Positions 52,269 through 64,000 of a stretch of DNA of 64,000 nt are shown one piece after another. The DNA is taken from contig CAWIAD010000001.1 of NCBI GenBank assembly GCA_963833985.1, positions 1,056,001 to 1,120,000 of the forward strand. Reading direction: 5' to 3'. The notes under the pieces are model-generated. The model searched no databases and was not told the origin of the DNA. It saw nothing but the letters and a program-made list of their open reading frames with translations. How positions within the stretch are numbered: the stretch's first letter is position 1; every line of letters begins with the position of its first letter. Both the position numbers and the translations under genes were made by a program. Source of the DNA: an uncultured Planctomycetaceae bacterium (GTDB lineage Bacteria; Planctomycetota; Planctomycetia; Isosphaerales; Isosphaeraceae).

Positions 52269-52739
52269 TTACTTGCTTGGCTCCTCGGCCTTGGCCGAAC
52301 CTTCGCCGATCGCCTTGGCCATTGCGCGACAAGCCGCCTCGCATGCGTTGCACGCGGCGGCACATTCTTTCATCTGCGGATCCTCGTGCTTGGAGCACTC
52401 GGCCGCGCACGTCTTGCACGCGTCGGCGTTGGCCAGGCATGCGATCGACATCAGTGGGCTCTCGCGGGCCATGAGCTCTGAGGTCAGGCCGCAGAATTCC
52501 TGGCAGTCGATCGCCAGAACCGCGATCACGTGGTGATCGGCGTGGCCGTCCTTGACCTTCTCGAAGCAGTGATGGAAGGTCTCGTTGCAGATCGTGGCGC
52601 ATGCGGCGCACGCCTTCAGACATTCGCCGTGGTATATGTCGTGGTGGTGAGGATGCTGGGCACGGGCTTCACGCCCCGACGCGGCGATCAGGCCGACGGC
52701 TCCCGCCCCGATGACGCCCAACAAATCGCGACGATCCAT
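52269..52739 (-). CDS. Four-helix-bundle copper storage protein (Csp/DUF326), Tat-exported
   Basis: AAGGAG SD; MDRRDLL; 15 Cys in CxxxC/CxxC spacing; His-rich N-terminus. Confidence 0.88.
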   Translation of the reverse strand: MDRRDLLGVIGAGAVGLIAASGREARAQHPHHHDIYHGECLKACAACATICNETFHHCFEKVKDGHADHHVIAVLAIDCQEFCGLTSELMARESPLMSIACLANADACKTCAAECSKHEDPQMKECAAACNACEAACRAMAKAIGEGSAKAEEPSK

Positions 52740-53084
52740 GGTCTGCTCCTTCGTGTGAGGTGGATTCAACAGGTCGTAACGGGAAAACAGAGTTGCGCTC
52801 AAAGCATCCCCACCAAGCGACACCTGGGAAGCTCGCGCAGCTCGACGTTGAAGCGGTCTGCCCACGTGCCGCTCGAGGGCACAGGGTGCAGGCACCGCAC
52901 AGAACCCGAGTGCGGACACATGACCGGCCATACCGCGTCCTGTCGACGCAGTGGCCGGGTTGGGCGGCGGGATGGTCCCGTCCCACGCGCCTGGCTTTCA
53001 CTTCCCGAGGCGTTGCGAGTGACTCACCGGGAACGGTGCGAACTCAGTCGCTCGGGGCGCTCTTGCGGGCGGGTGGTGGCAACC

Positions 53085-53429
53085 TCAGGCAAGGGGTGGG
53101 GCGCGGGGGAAGGAGGGACGCTCGACGTCCGCAGGAAAGGCGAGAGTTGAAACTGTTGTAGGACGAATGCGGACCACATCGATGCAGCAGCAAGCAGCGG
53201 GATCAGCGATGAGCTGTCCTTGAGCGTGGAAGTGGCAGATCGGGCAGTTGTCGGTCGCGGCGTTTTCCTGGTCGGCGCCAGCGGGCGCCTTGCCAGCGTC
53301 CGTACTCAGCGCAGACGAGCAATGGCTGAAGCCGGGCAGCGCGTGCAGCGCCGGGCCTACCAGGGTCATGACACCATAGAGGCTCAAGATCGTGGCCAGC
53401 AGGAGCTGATTCGCGCGGTGACGGATCAA
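53085..53429 (-). CDS. DUF2946-like protein (N-terminal TM, CxxC, C-terminal RAPP)
   Basis: Hydrophobic N-terminus, ALH, NCPICH, ...FPRAPPLA*. Confidence 0.75.
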   Translation of the reverse strand: MIRHRANQLLLATILSLYGVMTLVGPALHALPGFSHCSSALSTDAGKAPAGADQENAATDNCPICHFHAQGQLIADPAACCCIDVVRIRPTTVSTLAFPADVERPSFPRAPPLA

Positions 53430-53842
53430 GGTCCGGGAGCCTCGAATTGACGGCGGCGAGTCAGGTACGAAACATCACGCCGAAGACGCCTGACAGGGAG
53501 CTCAGGCTCGATCACAGGTACTTTGGGCAGATTTCCTGCACCCTGTCAACCGGCGACCGTCGTGGGTGTTGAATTGTCATGGATCACGCTGAGATGGAGA
53601 AGCCGGGGGTCAGGGGGGAGTAAGCGGGCACCGACGGCCAGGGCTGGCAGCATTTCGAGGCCCTTCACCGTGACCGGGCGGGATGGCAACCGAGCCATAG
53701 GTTTGGCCGCTTCGTCTTTAACGTTCGTCGCGCCGGCCGTCCTCTGGTCGGACATCCGGTTCAGGCGGTGCGTGCGGCCCGCATGGCCAGCAGGCGCGGG
53801 CCACTCTCATGATAGGGCCGAGACTTCTGGGCCCGTCCTTGC

Positions 53843-55507
53843 TTATTTCCGGCCGAACGCCACAAGGGTGATGTCGTCGAACTGGCTGCGGCCGGCGGCG
53901 TGGTTCTGCACGTTCTGGAAGAGCATCTCGCCGGTGGCGGAGGGTCCGGCGGGCGCGCTTGCCAGCATGGTCCGCAGCGCCGCCTCGCCGAGCCGGTCGC
54001 CTTGCGGGTTGAGGGCGTCGGTCACACCGTCAGTATAGAAGATGACCACGTCTCCGGGATCCAGAGTGGTCTCGACCGTCTCGTATTGCCAGTCTCCCTG
54101 GATGGCCAGGGGAAGCCCCGATCCCTCCTTGCCGAACTCCTCGACGCGGCCGTCCCGGCGGTGGATCAGGGGAGCAGGGTGTCCGGCGTTGCAGAGCAGC
54201 AGTCGGTGCTCGGAAAGGTCGAGCATGGCCAGCAGAAACGTGATGTACATGTCCAGCACGCCGTTTTCCCAGAGCTGGTTGTTGAGCCGCGTGACCACCT
54301 GCGCAGGGTCGCTCTGGCCTTGCAAGAAAAGGCGGATCTCGGCGGAGAGCTTGGCGGTCACGAGTGCAGCAGGCAGCCCCTTGCCCACCACGTCGCCCAC
54401 CGCGATGGCCCATTTCCGCGCCGATTTGCTGTCGGTATGGAGTGTGTCGCCCAGTGGGATGAATCCGTAGTAATCGCCTCCCACGTGCCGGGCGGGCTCG
54501 TAACAGTCCCAGAATTCGTAGCCCGGCACTCCGGTCGGCCGCTCGGGGAGCAAGGCCTGCATGACCTGGCGTGCCACCTGGAGCTCGCGCTCCATCTCGC
54601 TCTGCTTGATCGCCTCGCGGTGGAGCTTGGCGTTCTGGACGGCCACGCTGACCTGATGCGCCACCGAGACCAAGACGTCGAGGTCTTCCTGTTCGAAGCG
54701 GGCGCGCCCGTCCCGCGTGTCGATCTGGATGAGCCCGATGGAGCGCTGCTTCTGGTCCTGGATCGGCACGCACATGAGCGAGCGGATATGGCTTTCCGAG
54801 ATGCTGTCGCTGTTCGGGAACTCCCCCGGCAGATCCTTGCTCAGGACCGCCTGGCCGTTCTTGAGCACGCGCTGGAGGATTGACTTGGAGATCTTCAGAT
54901 TGCCCGCCGGACCGCTTCGTGTATGCACGGCCTCGGGAGTGAGCGTCTGGCGCTCGCGATCCTCCAGCAGCACGAACCCCCGCTCCGCCGAGGGAAAGAT
55001 CTCGAAGAGCGTGGTCAACACTTTTTCGAGGATCTCGCCCAGCACCAGCGTGCTGCCGAACGCCTGCGTGATCCGGTGCATGGCGCGCAGCTTCACCTCG
55101 GGCTTGACCACCGGCAAGTAACGATCGCTCGGGGTGGTCATGTCGATCGAGGCGAATACGGTGGATTGATCCTGTTCCCCATCCTGGATCTGAACTGACT
55201 GAGCCTTGAACACGAACTGAACATCGCCAATCTGAATGACGTTGCCGTTGCGCAGCACCACGGGCTGGGTGAGCCGCAGACCATCCACGTAGGTGCCCCG
55301 CGTGCTGCCGATGTCCTTCATCACGTACTCGCCGTTGCGGTGCACGATCGCCGCGTGCTTGCGCGAGACGGATTTCGGCTCGAGCACCAGATCGCAGTCC
55401 GGATTGCGGCCGATGATCAGCACGTCGCGATCAACCTTGTACACGCGGCCGCAGTGTGGACCCGAGGCCACCTGAAGAAATGGCACAATGCTTTGATCAG
55501 GTTCCAT
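53843..55507 (-). CDS. FHA-GAF-PP2C (SpoIIE/RsbU-type) phosphatase
   Basis: IGR..VSRKH..GSTRGT; GAF (SLMCVP); VGGDYY, GDVVGKG, NAGH, YTDG, DDIT. Confidence 0.92.
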   Translation of the reverse strand: MEPDQSIVPFLQVASGPHCGRVYKVDRDVLIIGRNPDCDLVLEPKSVSRKHAAIVHRNGEYVMKDIGSTRGTYVDGLRLTQPVVLRNGNVIQIGDVQFVFKAQSVQIQDGEQDQSTVFASIDMTTPSDRYLPVVKPEVKLRAMHRITQAFGSTLVLGEILEKVLTTLFEIFPSAERGFVLLEDRERQTLTPEAVHTRSGPAGNLKISKSILQRVLKNGQAVLSKDLPGEFPNSDSISESHIRSLMCVPIQDQKQRSIGLIQIDTRDGRARFEQEDLDVLVSVAHQVSVAVQNAKLHREAIKQSEMERELQVARQVMQALLPERPTGVPGYEFWDCYEPARHVGGDYYGFIPLGDTLHTDSKSARKWAIAVGDVVGKGLPAALVTAKLSAEIRLFLQGQSDPAQVVTRLNNQLWENGVLDMYITFLLAMLDLSEHRLLLCNAGHPAPLIHRRDGRVEEFGKEGSGLPLAIQGDWQYETVETTLDPGDVVIFYTDGVTDALNPQGDRLGEAALRTMLASAPAGPSATGEMLFQNVQNHAAGRSQFDDITLVAFGRK

Positions 55508-55878
55508 GACGGCTGGCTTCCCGCTTCGAATGCAGCGCCGCACCGAGATCGTTGCAAACTCCCGCGAGCGCTCGGAAACGTGCGGCGGAGCGCGACTTCG
55601 CTTCTCTATTGTATGCGTTTCGGCCGGAAAACGAATCAGCGTTCTCAAATCGGCTGCCACTGTGAAAGGCAGGATCAAGCTCGGGTAGGCGGAAGCCCCG
55701 ATGGAGTTGTCCCGCTCCCTTTCACGAAGCCCGGACGTCGCCTATCCCTGCGTCTCGAACCGCTAAATTGCCCGCGCGAGCGGTTTTTGTTGGCGTTGAC
55801 CCGTTTCTACTGCTATTCTTTCGGTCAGATCGGGTTCCTTTTGAAGCGAGTCCTGTCGCCGATCCGGAGTGCCAGTCG

Positions 55879-56508
55879 ATGAATTCGATCGGATCGCTGA
55901 CGCGGTATGTGCATGAGCTCAGGTCACCGGATGCCCGCATGCGCGACGAGGCGGCCCGGGTGATCTGGGAACGCTTTTCCCCCAGGCTCAAGAACCTGGT
56001 CCGCCGCCATCTCGACAACCGTATCCTCCGCCGCGAGGACGAGCAGGACGTCCTGCAAAGCATGTTCGCGAGCTTCTGCCACGGTCAGACGACCGGGAAG
56101 TCACCGCCGGCGAGCCGCGAGGAGCTCTGGAAGCTGCTGGTGCGGATCACGATGTGCAAGGTCATCAATACCGCCCACAAGCACATGGCCGACCGGCGCG
56201 ACGTCCGCCGCGAACGCTGCGACCCCTGGGGAGACGTGAGCGATCCCCATTTCCCTCGCTGGATGCTCGAGCGCGTCGATCGCTCGCAACCCGATCCGCA
56301 AGAAAAAGTCGCCGTCGTGGAGGAAGTTCAGCGCCTGCTCAAGCTTCTGCCCGATCCGCTCCGCCAGATCGTGTTGTGGAAGCTCGAGGGATTCACCAAC
56401 GCCGAGATCGCGTGCATGATCGGCAGGACGCTCCGTTCCGTCGAGATCAAGCTTCAGCTCATCCGCAAACATCTCCAGGGGGAACTTGGCGACGTCGATC
56501 CAGAATGA
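55879..56508 (+). CDS. ECF-type sigma factor (planctomycete type)
   Basis: GSLTRY...IWERFSPRL, DEQDVLQS, LWKLL, EGFTNAEIA...RSVEIKL. Confidence 0.88.
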   Translation: MNSIGSLTRYVHELRSPDARMRDEAARVIWERFSPRLKNLVRRHLDNRILRREDEQDVLQSMFASFCHGQTTGKSPPASREELWKLLVRITMCKVINTAHKHMADRRDVRRERCDPWGDVSDPHFPRWMLERVDRSQPDPQEKVAVVEEVQRLLKLLPDPLRQIVLWKLEGFTNAEIACMIGRTLRSVEIKLQLIRKHLQGELGDVDPE

Positions 56509-56573
56509 GATCTCCATCTGGCCGGGAACACGCCCCGGCCCGGTCCGGCCCTGCGCCCGCCTTGCCCCGGCGA

Positions 56574-57386
56574 TCAGCCAGAGCCGACCTCCCTGGCCGG
56601 CTTCGTGAGATGGTAAAGCAAGATCCCCGCGGCTACGGCCACGTTCAGCGAGCCGGCACCGGGACGCATCGGGATCGTTATGGACCGTCCGCAGCGCTCG
56701 AGCCACCCGGCATCGACGCCCTGGTCCTCGTCGCCCAGAACCAGCCCCAGCCGGGCGGGCCGCGATAACCGCTCGAAGGCCTGCGCGGCCGGGTCGGCCA
56801 CGGCGGCCCAGAGCTCCACGCCACGGGAGACCAGCCAGTCGGCTGTCTCCAGTGGCTGCCCGGCCACAAGCACCGGAACCCGCAGCGCCGAGCCCATCGA
56901 CACGCGGAGCACCCTTCGCGACAGCGGATCCGGACAGCTTGGCCCGGCCACGATGGCGTCGATTCCGAAGACGTCGCCAAGGCGGGCGATCGAGCCGAGA
57001 TTCTCGGGGTTGCTCAACCGCGGGCATAGAACCAGCGTGCACGAGCCGTGGTCAGGCAGCAGCATCTCCTCCAGCGCGGGCCAGGCCACCCGCTGCCCGC
57101 AGCCGAGAACGCCACGGTGGAACGGAAAGCCCACCAGTTCGTGCACCTGCTCGTGTGGGACCACATACACCGGCACGTCCGCCGCCAGCGCCACACTGTT
57201 CCGGACCAGGTAGCGGTCCGTCGCCAGGACGGAGACGAGAGGAAAGCGGCTTGCCGCCAGCCGCTCCACCAGCTTCTCGCCCTCGACCACGAATTGATCC
57301 AGTCCGCGTGTCTGGTTCGTGGCCTTGAGTGCGCGATAGACCGCGATCCGGGGGTCGTCAAGGTTGGTGATCGGGACGCGTGGCAA
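56574..57386 (-). CDS. TrmH/SpoU RNA methyltransferase
   Basis: FVVEG, NPENLGSIAR, RVSMG, LGDEDQG, IPM..SLNV. Confidence 0.92.
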   Translation of the reverse strand: MPRVPITNLDDPRIAVYRALKATNQTRGLDQFVVEGEKLVERLAASRFPLVSVLATDRYLVRNSVALAADVPVYVVPHEQVHELVGFPFHRGVLGCGQRVAWPALEEMLLPDHGSCTLVLCPRLSNPENLGSIARLGDVFGIDAIVAGPSCPDPLSRRVLRVSMGSALRVPVLVAGQPLETADWLVSRGVELWAAVADPAAQAFERLSRPARLGLVLGDEDQGVDAGWLERCGRSITIPMRPGAGSLNVAVAAGILLYHLTKPAREVGSG

Positions 57387-57456
57387 TGGCGTTTCCCGTC
57401 GTGAGTGAGCTCGTTGTCATTTCCCTCCACACTGTCTCCGGCTGTCGCGCGGCAGG

Positions 57457-57882
57457 TCAACCGCTAAGCCTCGTCATGATGGTGAAAAAGGGAAGGCCAA
57501 ACGCCACGATGATCAGGACGATCAGGCACAGCGGGGTTGCGAGCATGAAGATCGACCACGCCCGCGCGGCTCCCTCATGGCCGCGCAGCATCTGAAGCAT
57601 GAGGGTGTCGCAGGCCAGAACAAGCGCCAGCACCAGCGTGAGACCCGCAAGCGACGTACCTGGCCGGACCAGCGCATGAGACGCCTCGATCAGGCCAATC
57701 GTCGCTCGAGGCAGCGGGATGCCGAAGTCCTTGAGGATCGCCTCGACCCTGGGGACTCCGAAGCGGAGCGTCACGAGAAGCAGCCCCCAGGCGCATCCAT
57801 GGACCATCAGCCGAGCCGGGTGCGGGCCTATCGCTGGAGGATCAGCGAGCGGTGAGCCATCGGACTGTTCCTTGCTCATCAT
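57457..57882 (-). CDS. Hypothetical membrane protein resembling a PilC/GspF TM segment
   Basis: VPRVEAILKDFGIPLPRAT...LPFF. Confidence 0.5.
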   Translation of the reverse strand: MMSKEQSDGSPLADPPAIGPHPARLMVHGCAWGLLLVTLRFGVPRVEAILKDFGIPLPRATIGLIEASHALVRPGTSLAGLTLVLALVLACDTLMLQMLRGHEGAARAWSIFMLATPLCLIVLIIVAFGLPFFTIMTRLSG

Positions 57883-57914
57883 GGCGTCCTCTCGTAGGGG
57901 TATTGAACGGAGCC

Positions 57915-59781
57915 TTACTCCGCCCGGGCGGTGACACGCTCGAGGATCGTCTGCTCCCGCTGGTGCAGCAGGCCTCCCTGCCAGCCGAGCACCCACGCGT
58001 AAACTGTCGCAACGACCGCGCACTGCACCAGGGTCAGTACAAGGCAGAGAGGCAGCCTTGGAGTTTGCCCGGTCAGGTCCAGAAGGTATTCCGCCCCGAG
58101 CGGGAGCAAGGTCAGCGACTGGACCGCCGGGAAGAGCACCATCAACGTCAACATCTGGAGCAGGGCTGTGCTCAAGGTTGGCTGGGCGGGCCGGAGCGAC
58201 CCGGAGGGGACGTGAACCGGGGCGAAGATCGACATCATGTTGGTGATGATGCAGCAGAGAAGATACATGGAGACGTACTGGGCTGGCATGGCCAGCAGGT
58301 GATCCAGCCGCATGGGACGGAACACCTGCACGAGCAGCAGCAGCGCGAATGCGACCCCGAACGCCAGTGGTGCGAGGGCCAGGTTCTTCCCCATCAGGAT
58401 GTCGCGCCGCCGCGCCGCGCTGAGCACGAATACCTTGAAGCCGTCGCGGTCGAGGCCGAACTGGTTGGCCATGACGTTGGTCAACGAGAAGAGCACCAGG
58501 AGCATCGCGCCGATCCCGGCCAGGGGACGGCTCCAGAGCGGAGACTGCGACCCGTTCCGCATCACCATCGAGCCGAAGACGGCGACCATGATCAGCGAGC
58601 CCAGGAGCATCATCTTCGCTTCCGGGGCACGCACCAGGGAGCGAAAACCTGCCAGGGCGATCGCCGAGACCGGCTCGGATAGCCCTGGAAGCCGGGCCTC
58701 GAGTATCAGCCGGCCCGGCCGGGACGTGGCCGGCGAAGTAGCCGCTATCCGGACAGGCTCCGTGGCACCCACCTGCGCCGGCGGCGGCTTCTCGTTGGTT
58801 GGCCCCCCCTTGTAGAGCTGCATCGTTCCCAGGTAAGCCCGGCGCAGGCTGACCACTCCAATCAGCCCCATGCCCGCGAAGCCAAGCACCGAGGGCAGCA
58901 CGTTTCCCTCAGAGGCATCCATGACACCCAGGGGCAGCCAGCCGACCGGCAGCACCATGTTCACCACCCGGGCGATCCGCGCATAACGCTCGATCGTCTG
59001 CTCGTTTGCCAGGCGCTCCGCCTCCAGTCCCGTGGCCTCACGCGACCGCCGCTGCCGTTCGAACTCGACGACGTCAATCTCGCCGGATTCAACCCGCTTG
59101 ACCAGCTTGACCACCTCCGCGGGGTCTGCATGCGGGACGCCCGGCTCGTGGTGCTGCCAGGGTGCGTACAGGTTCACCAGGTTGGGAATCTGCAAGACCA
59201 GAATGAACAGCCCTGTCGCGGCCGCGACGACGGTCCGCTTCGTCCGCGGATTGCTCATGAGCGACGCCACCCAGCCGCGGAACTGGTAGTTGAGCGCGGT
59301 GATCATGAGCAGAAAGGCCCCCAGCCCCGCCAGCGAGGGGAGCATGACGGCTCCCTTGACCATCACCAGCGCCAGGGCGAAGGCCAGCATGATCGGTGTA
59401 AAGACGATGAGGCTGAGCGACAGCAGCGAGCTGAGGAAGTTGATCAGGAACGCCCCGGACGGGGAGACCGGCAGGTGCAAAAACCTGGAAAGTGCCAGCG
59501 GCTCGGACCGCTGGAGGTCCGTCAGCAGACCGGCGCTCCAGAAGCAGAGGAAGTTGAGGAGGAGCACATCCCAGGCTGCCAGCAGGTGGAGGGGGAGGGC
59601 CCGGGGAATCGCCTGGAGGCCGAACCAGAGGCAGCCCGCGAAGAGCGGGATGGCCGTGGCGAGGGCGGCCACGCTGAGCATGATCATGAGTGCCGCGTTC
59701 AGCCGGCCCGCGCGCCGCCACTGGTTGACTGAGAGCCGCCAGCGCAGCCAGATGAAGGTTTCGAAGATGCTGGAGGTTCAT
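57915..59781 (-). CDS. ABC-2 type exporter permease (frameshift ~59760)
   Basis: Many TM helices, LHLPVS, NQFGLDRDG, ILMGKN; directly follows the ATPase. Confidence 0.8.
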
Positions 59782-60548
59782 TTCGAGGCTTCCTCCAGCC
59801 AGTTCAACTTGCGCGTCGCCTCAGGGTCGGCGCCCGCGCGTTCCAGAAAGCGGTCCTCCAGAGTGCCCTCGCGACGGATCTCCTCCAGCGAGCACTGCTC
59901 GACGAGCTGCCCCTTGACGATCATTCCCACGTGGGTGCAAAGACGCTCCACAATCTCCAGCACGTGGGACGTGAGAAAGACGGTCGAGCCCCGGGCGACG
60001 AAGCCAGCCAGCAGGTCGCGGATCACCCGCGAGGTCACCGCGTCCACCCCCTCGAATGGCTCGTCCAGGAAGAGCAGGTCGGGGTTGGGCAGGAGCGCGG
60101 CCGCAATGGCGAGCTTCTTCTTCATGCCATGCGAGTACTCGAGCGTGAGCTTCTTCTCCTCGTTCTCCAGGCCGAGGATCGCCAGCAGCTCGGCGCTGCG
60201 GTCTCGGATCACCTGTCGCGGCATGAGGTGGATGCGGCCAACGAAGGTGAGGTACTCGCGGGCCGTCAGATTGTCGAAGAGGGCCAGGTCCTCCGGAATG
60301 ACCCCCATCCGCCGCTTGGCCTCGAGCGCCTCCTGCGGGTTCACCATGTTCCGGCCCAGCACCCGGATGGAGCCGCTGGAGGGGGCGAGCAGCCCGGTCA
60401 GCATCTTGATGGTCGTGGACTTGCCCGCGCCGTTGGGGCCCAGGAAGCCGTAGAATGTGCCGCACTCGACGGCGAGGTCGATGCCTTGCACGGCGAGCGC
60501 GCCGTGGAAGTAACGCGTCAACTGGTGAGTCTCGATGGCACGGCTCAT
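59778..60548 (-). CDS. ABC transporter ATP-binding protein
   Basis: GPNGAGKST, YSHGMKK, LDEP, TSH. Confidence 0.95.
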   Translation of the reverse strand: MSRAIETHQLTRYFHGALAVQGIDLAVECGTFYGFLGPNGAGKSTTIKMLTGLLAPSSGSIRVLGRNMVNPQEALEAKRRMGVIPEDLALFDNLTAREYLTFVGRIHLMPRQVIRDRSAELLAILGLENEEKKLTLEYSHGMKKKLAIAAALLPNPDLLFLDEPFEGVDAVTSRVIRDLLAGFVARGSTVFLTSHVLEIVERLCTHVGMIVKGQLVEQCSLEEIRREGTLEDRFLERAGADPEATRKLNWLEEASK

Positions 60549-60668
60549 GGTCGTCCGTCGCGGAAGAGGTCTGGCTGAAGACCATTTCACGATAGCACGA
60601 CCACGGCGCGGCCGCAGGGGGAGAACCTTCCGGAATCTCGCCGCGGCCGCGCGCACCGGCCGCTCTCA

Positions 60669-61672
60669 TCAGACCAGGGGCGAGCTGTAGGACTGGATCG
60701 TCTTGACGTAGTTGGCACGCTCGAACGCCGTCGGGTCGGGGCTGTTGCGCTGGCTCATCGAGCCCTTCATCTGCTGCACCGAGACGTACTCCTTCTCCTC
60801 CAGCCAGGTGCGCAGGCCGACGAGCAGGTCCGAGATCAGGCCGGGCCCTTGCTTGAGCACGGCCGAGGTGGTCATCGCCACGTCGGCCCCGGCCAGCAGC
60901 AGCTTGATCACGTCCTCTGGGGTGTGCACGCCGCTGGTGGCCGCCAGCGACTCGTCGAAGTACGACCGCAAGATGGCGATCCAGCGCAGGGGGAGCCGCA
61001 GCTCGTCGCTGGTGGAGAGCACCAGCCGCGGCTCCACGGCCAGGTTTTCCAGGTCGATGTCGGGCTGGAGAAACCGGTTGAACAGCACCAGCCCGTCCGC
61101 ACCAGACTGAAAGAGCTTGCGCGCCATGTTGGCAATGGAGCTGAAAAAGGGCCCGATCTTCACGGCCAGGGGGATGGAGACCGCGCCACGGACCGCGGAG
61201 ACCAGCTCCAGGTAGCGGTTCTCCACCTCCAGGGCCGTGGTCTCGGGATCGGTGGGCAAGTAGTAGATGTTCAGCTCCAGGGCGTCGGCCCCGGCCTCCT
61301 CGATCATCTTGCCGTAGTGGATCCAGCCGCCGTTGGAGGTGCCGTTGAGGCTGCCGATCACCGGGATGGTGAGCGACTGCTTGGCCTGGCGCACCAGCCG
61401 GAGATAGCTCTCCGGGCCGGTGTGGTAGTCGGACATCTCCGGCAAGTACGACTGGGCCTCGGCGTACCCTTCATTGTTGAAGTCGTAGAGCAGGGCGATC
61501 TCCACTTCCTCGCGGGTGATCTGCTCCTCGAAGAGCGAGGGGAGCACCACGGCCGAGGCGCCCGCCTCTTCCAGCTTCATGAGCGACTCGATACGGCCGG
61601 TGAGCGGCCCGGCCGAGGCCACCAGCGGGTTCTTCAGGTCCAGACCCAGGTACTTCGTACGCAGGGAAATGC

Positions 61673-61676
<4 letters not shown>
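60669..61676 (-). CDS. Dihydroorotate dehydrogenase-like protein
   Basis: NPLVASA, SLFEEQ, ELNI, AVKIGP, LFNRF; coupled to PFOR. Confidence 0.88.

Positions 61677-64000
<2,324 letters not shown>

Overview
High-GC bacterial chromosome window. Gene content (planctomycete-type ECF sigma factor, FHA proteins, Tat-exported Gfo/Idh/MocA and TIM-barrel enzymes, helical 'GGRG' secreted proteins) suggests Planctomycetota, probably Isosphaeraceae-like; this is inferred from gene content only. About a dozen 1-2 nt indels split conserved genes (gltA, glmS, PFOR, MoeB, cysteine desulfurase and others), which points to an imperfectly polished long-read assembly. Main contents in order: gltA; a threonine synthase; three tandem paralogous secreted proteins with hypervariable Gly-Met loops and a nearly identical C-terminal region; a glycosylation cluster; MarR-fabF; a GH35 beta-galactosidase; a RAYT transposase inside REP doublets; hisS-hisZ-hisG; glmS; a SAM-I-riboswitch-led operon (threonine-synthase-like, MoaD/CysO-like carrier, MoeB, cysteine desulfurase); a decayed IS3 next to a lower-GC islet of small RNA-binding-type genes; a DUF2934-degenerate HNH fusion; a CxxC/RAPP (DUF2946-like) leader gene upstream of a Csp-type copper storage gene; a PP2C/ECF pair; an ABC exporter; and DHODH-like plus PFOR. 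The best leads are the Gly-Met triplicate array, the SAM-regulated sulfur-carrier homocysteine route and the putative copper-sensing arrest peptide.
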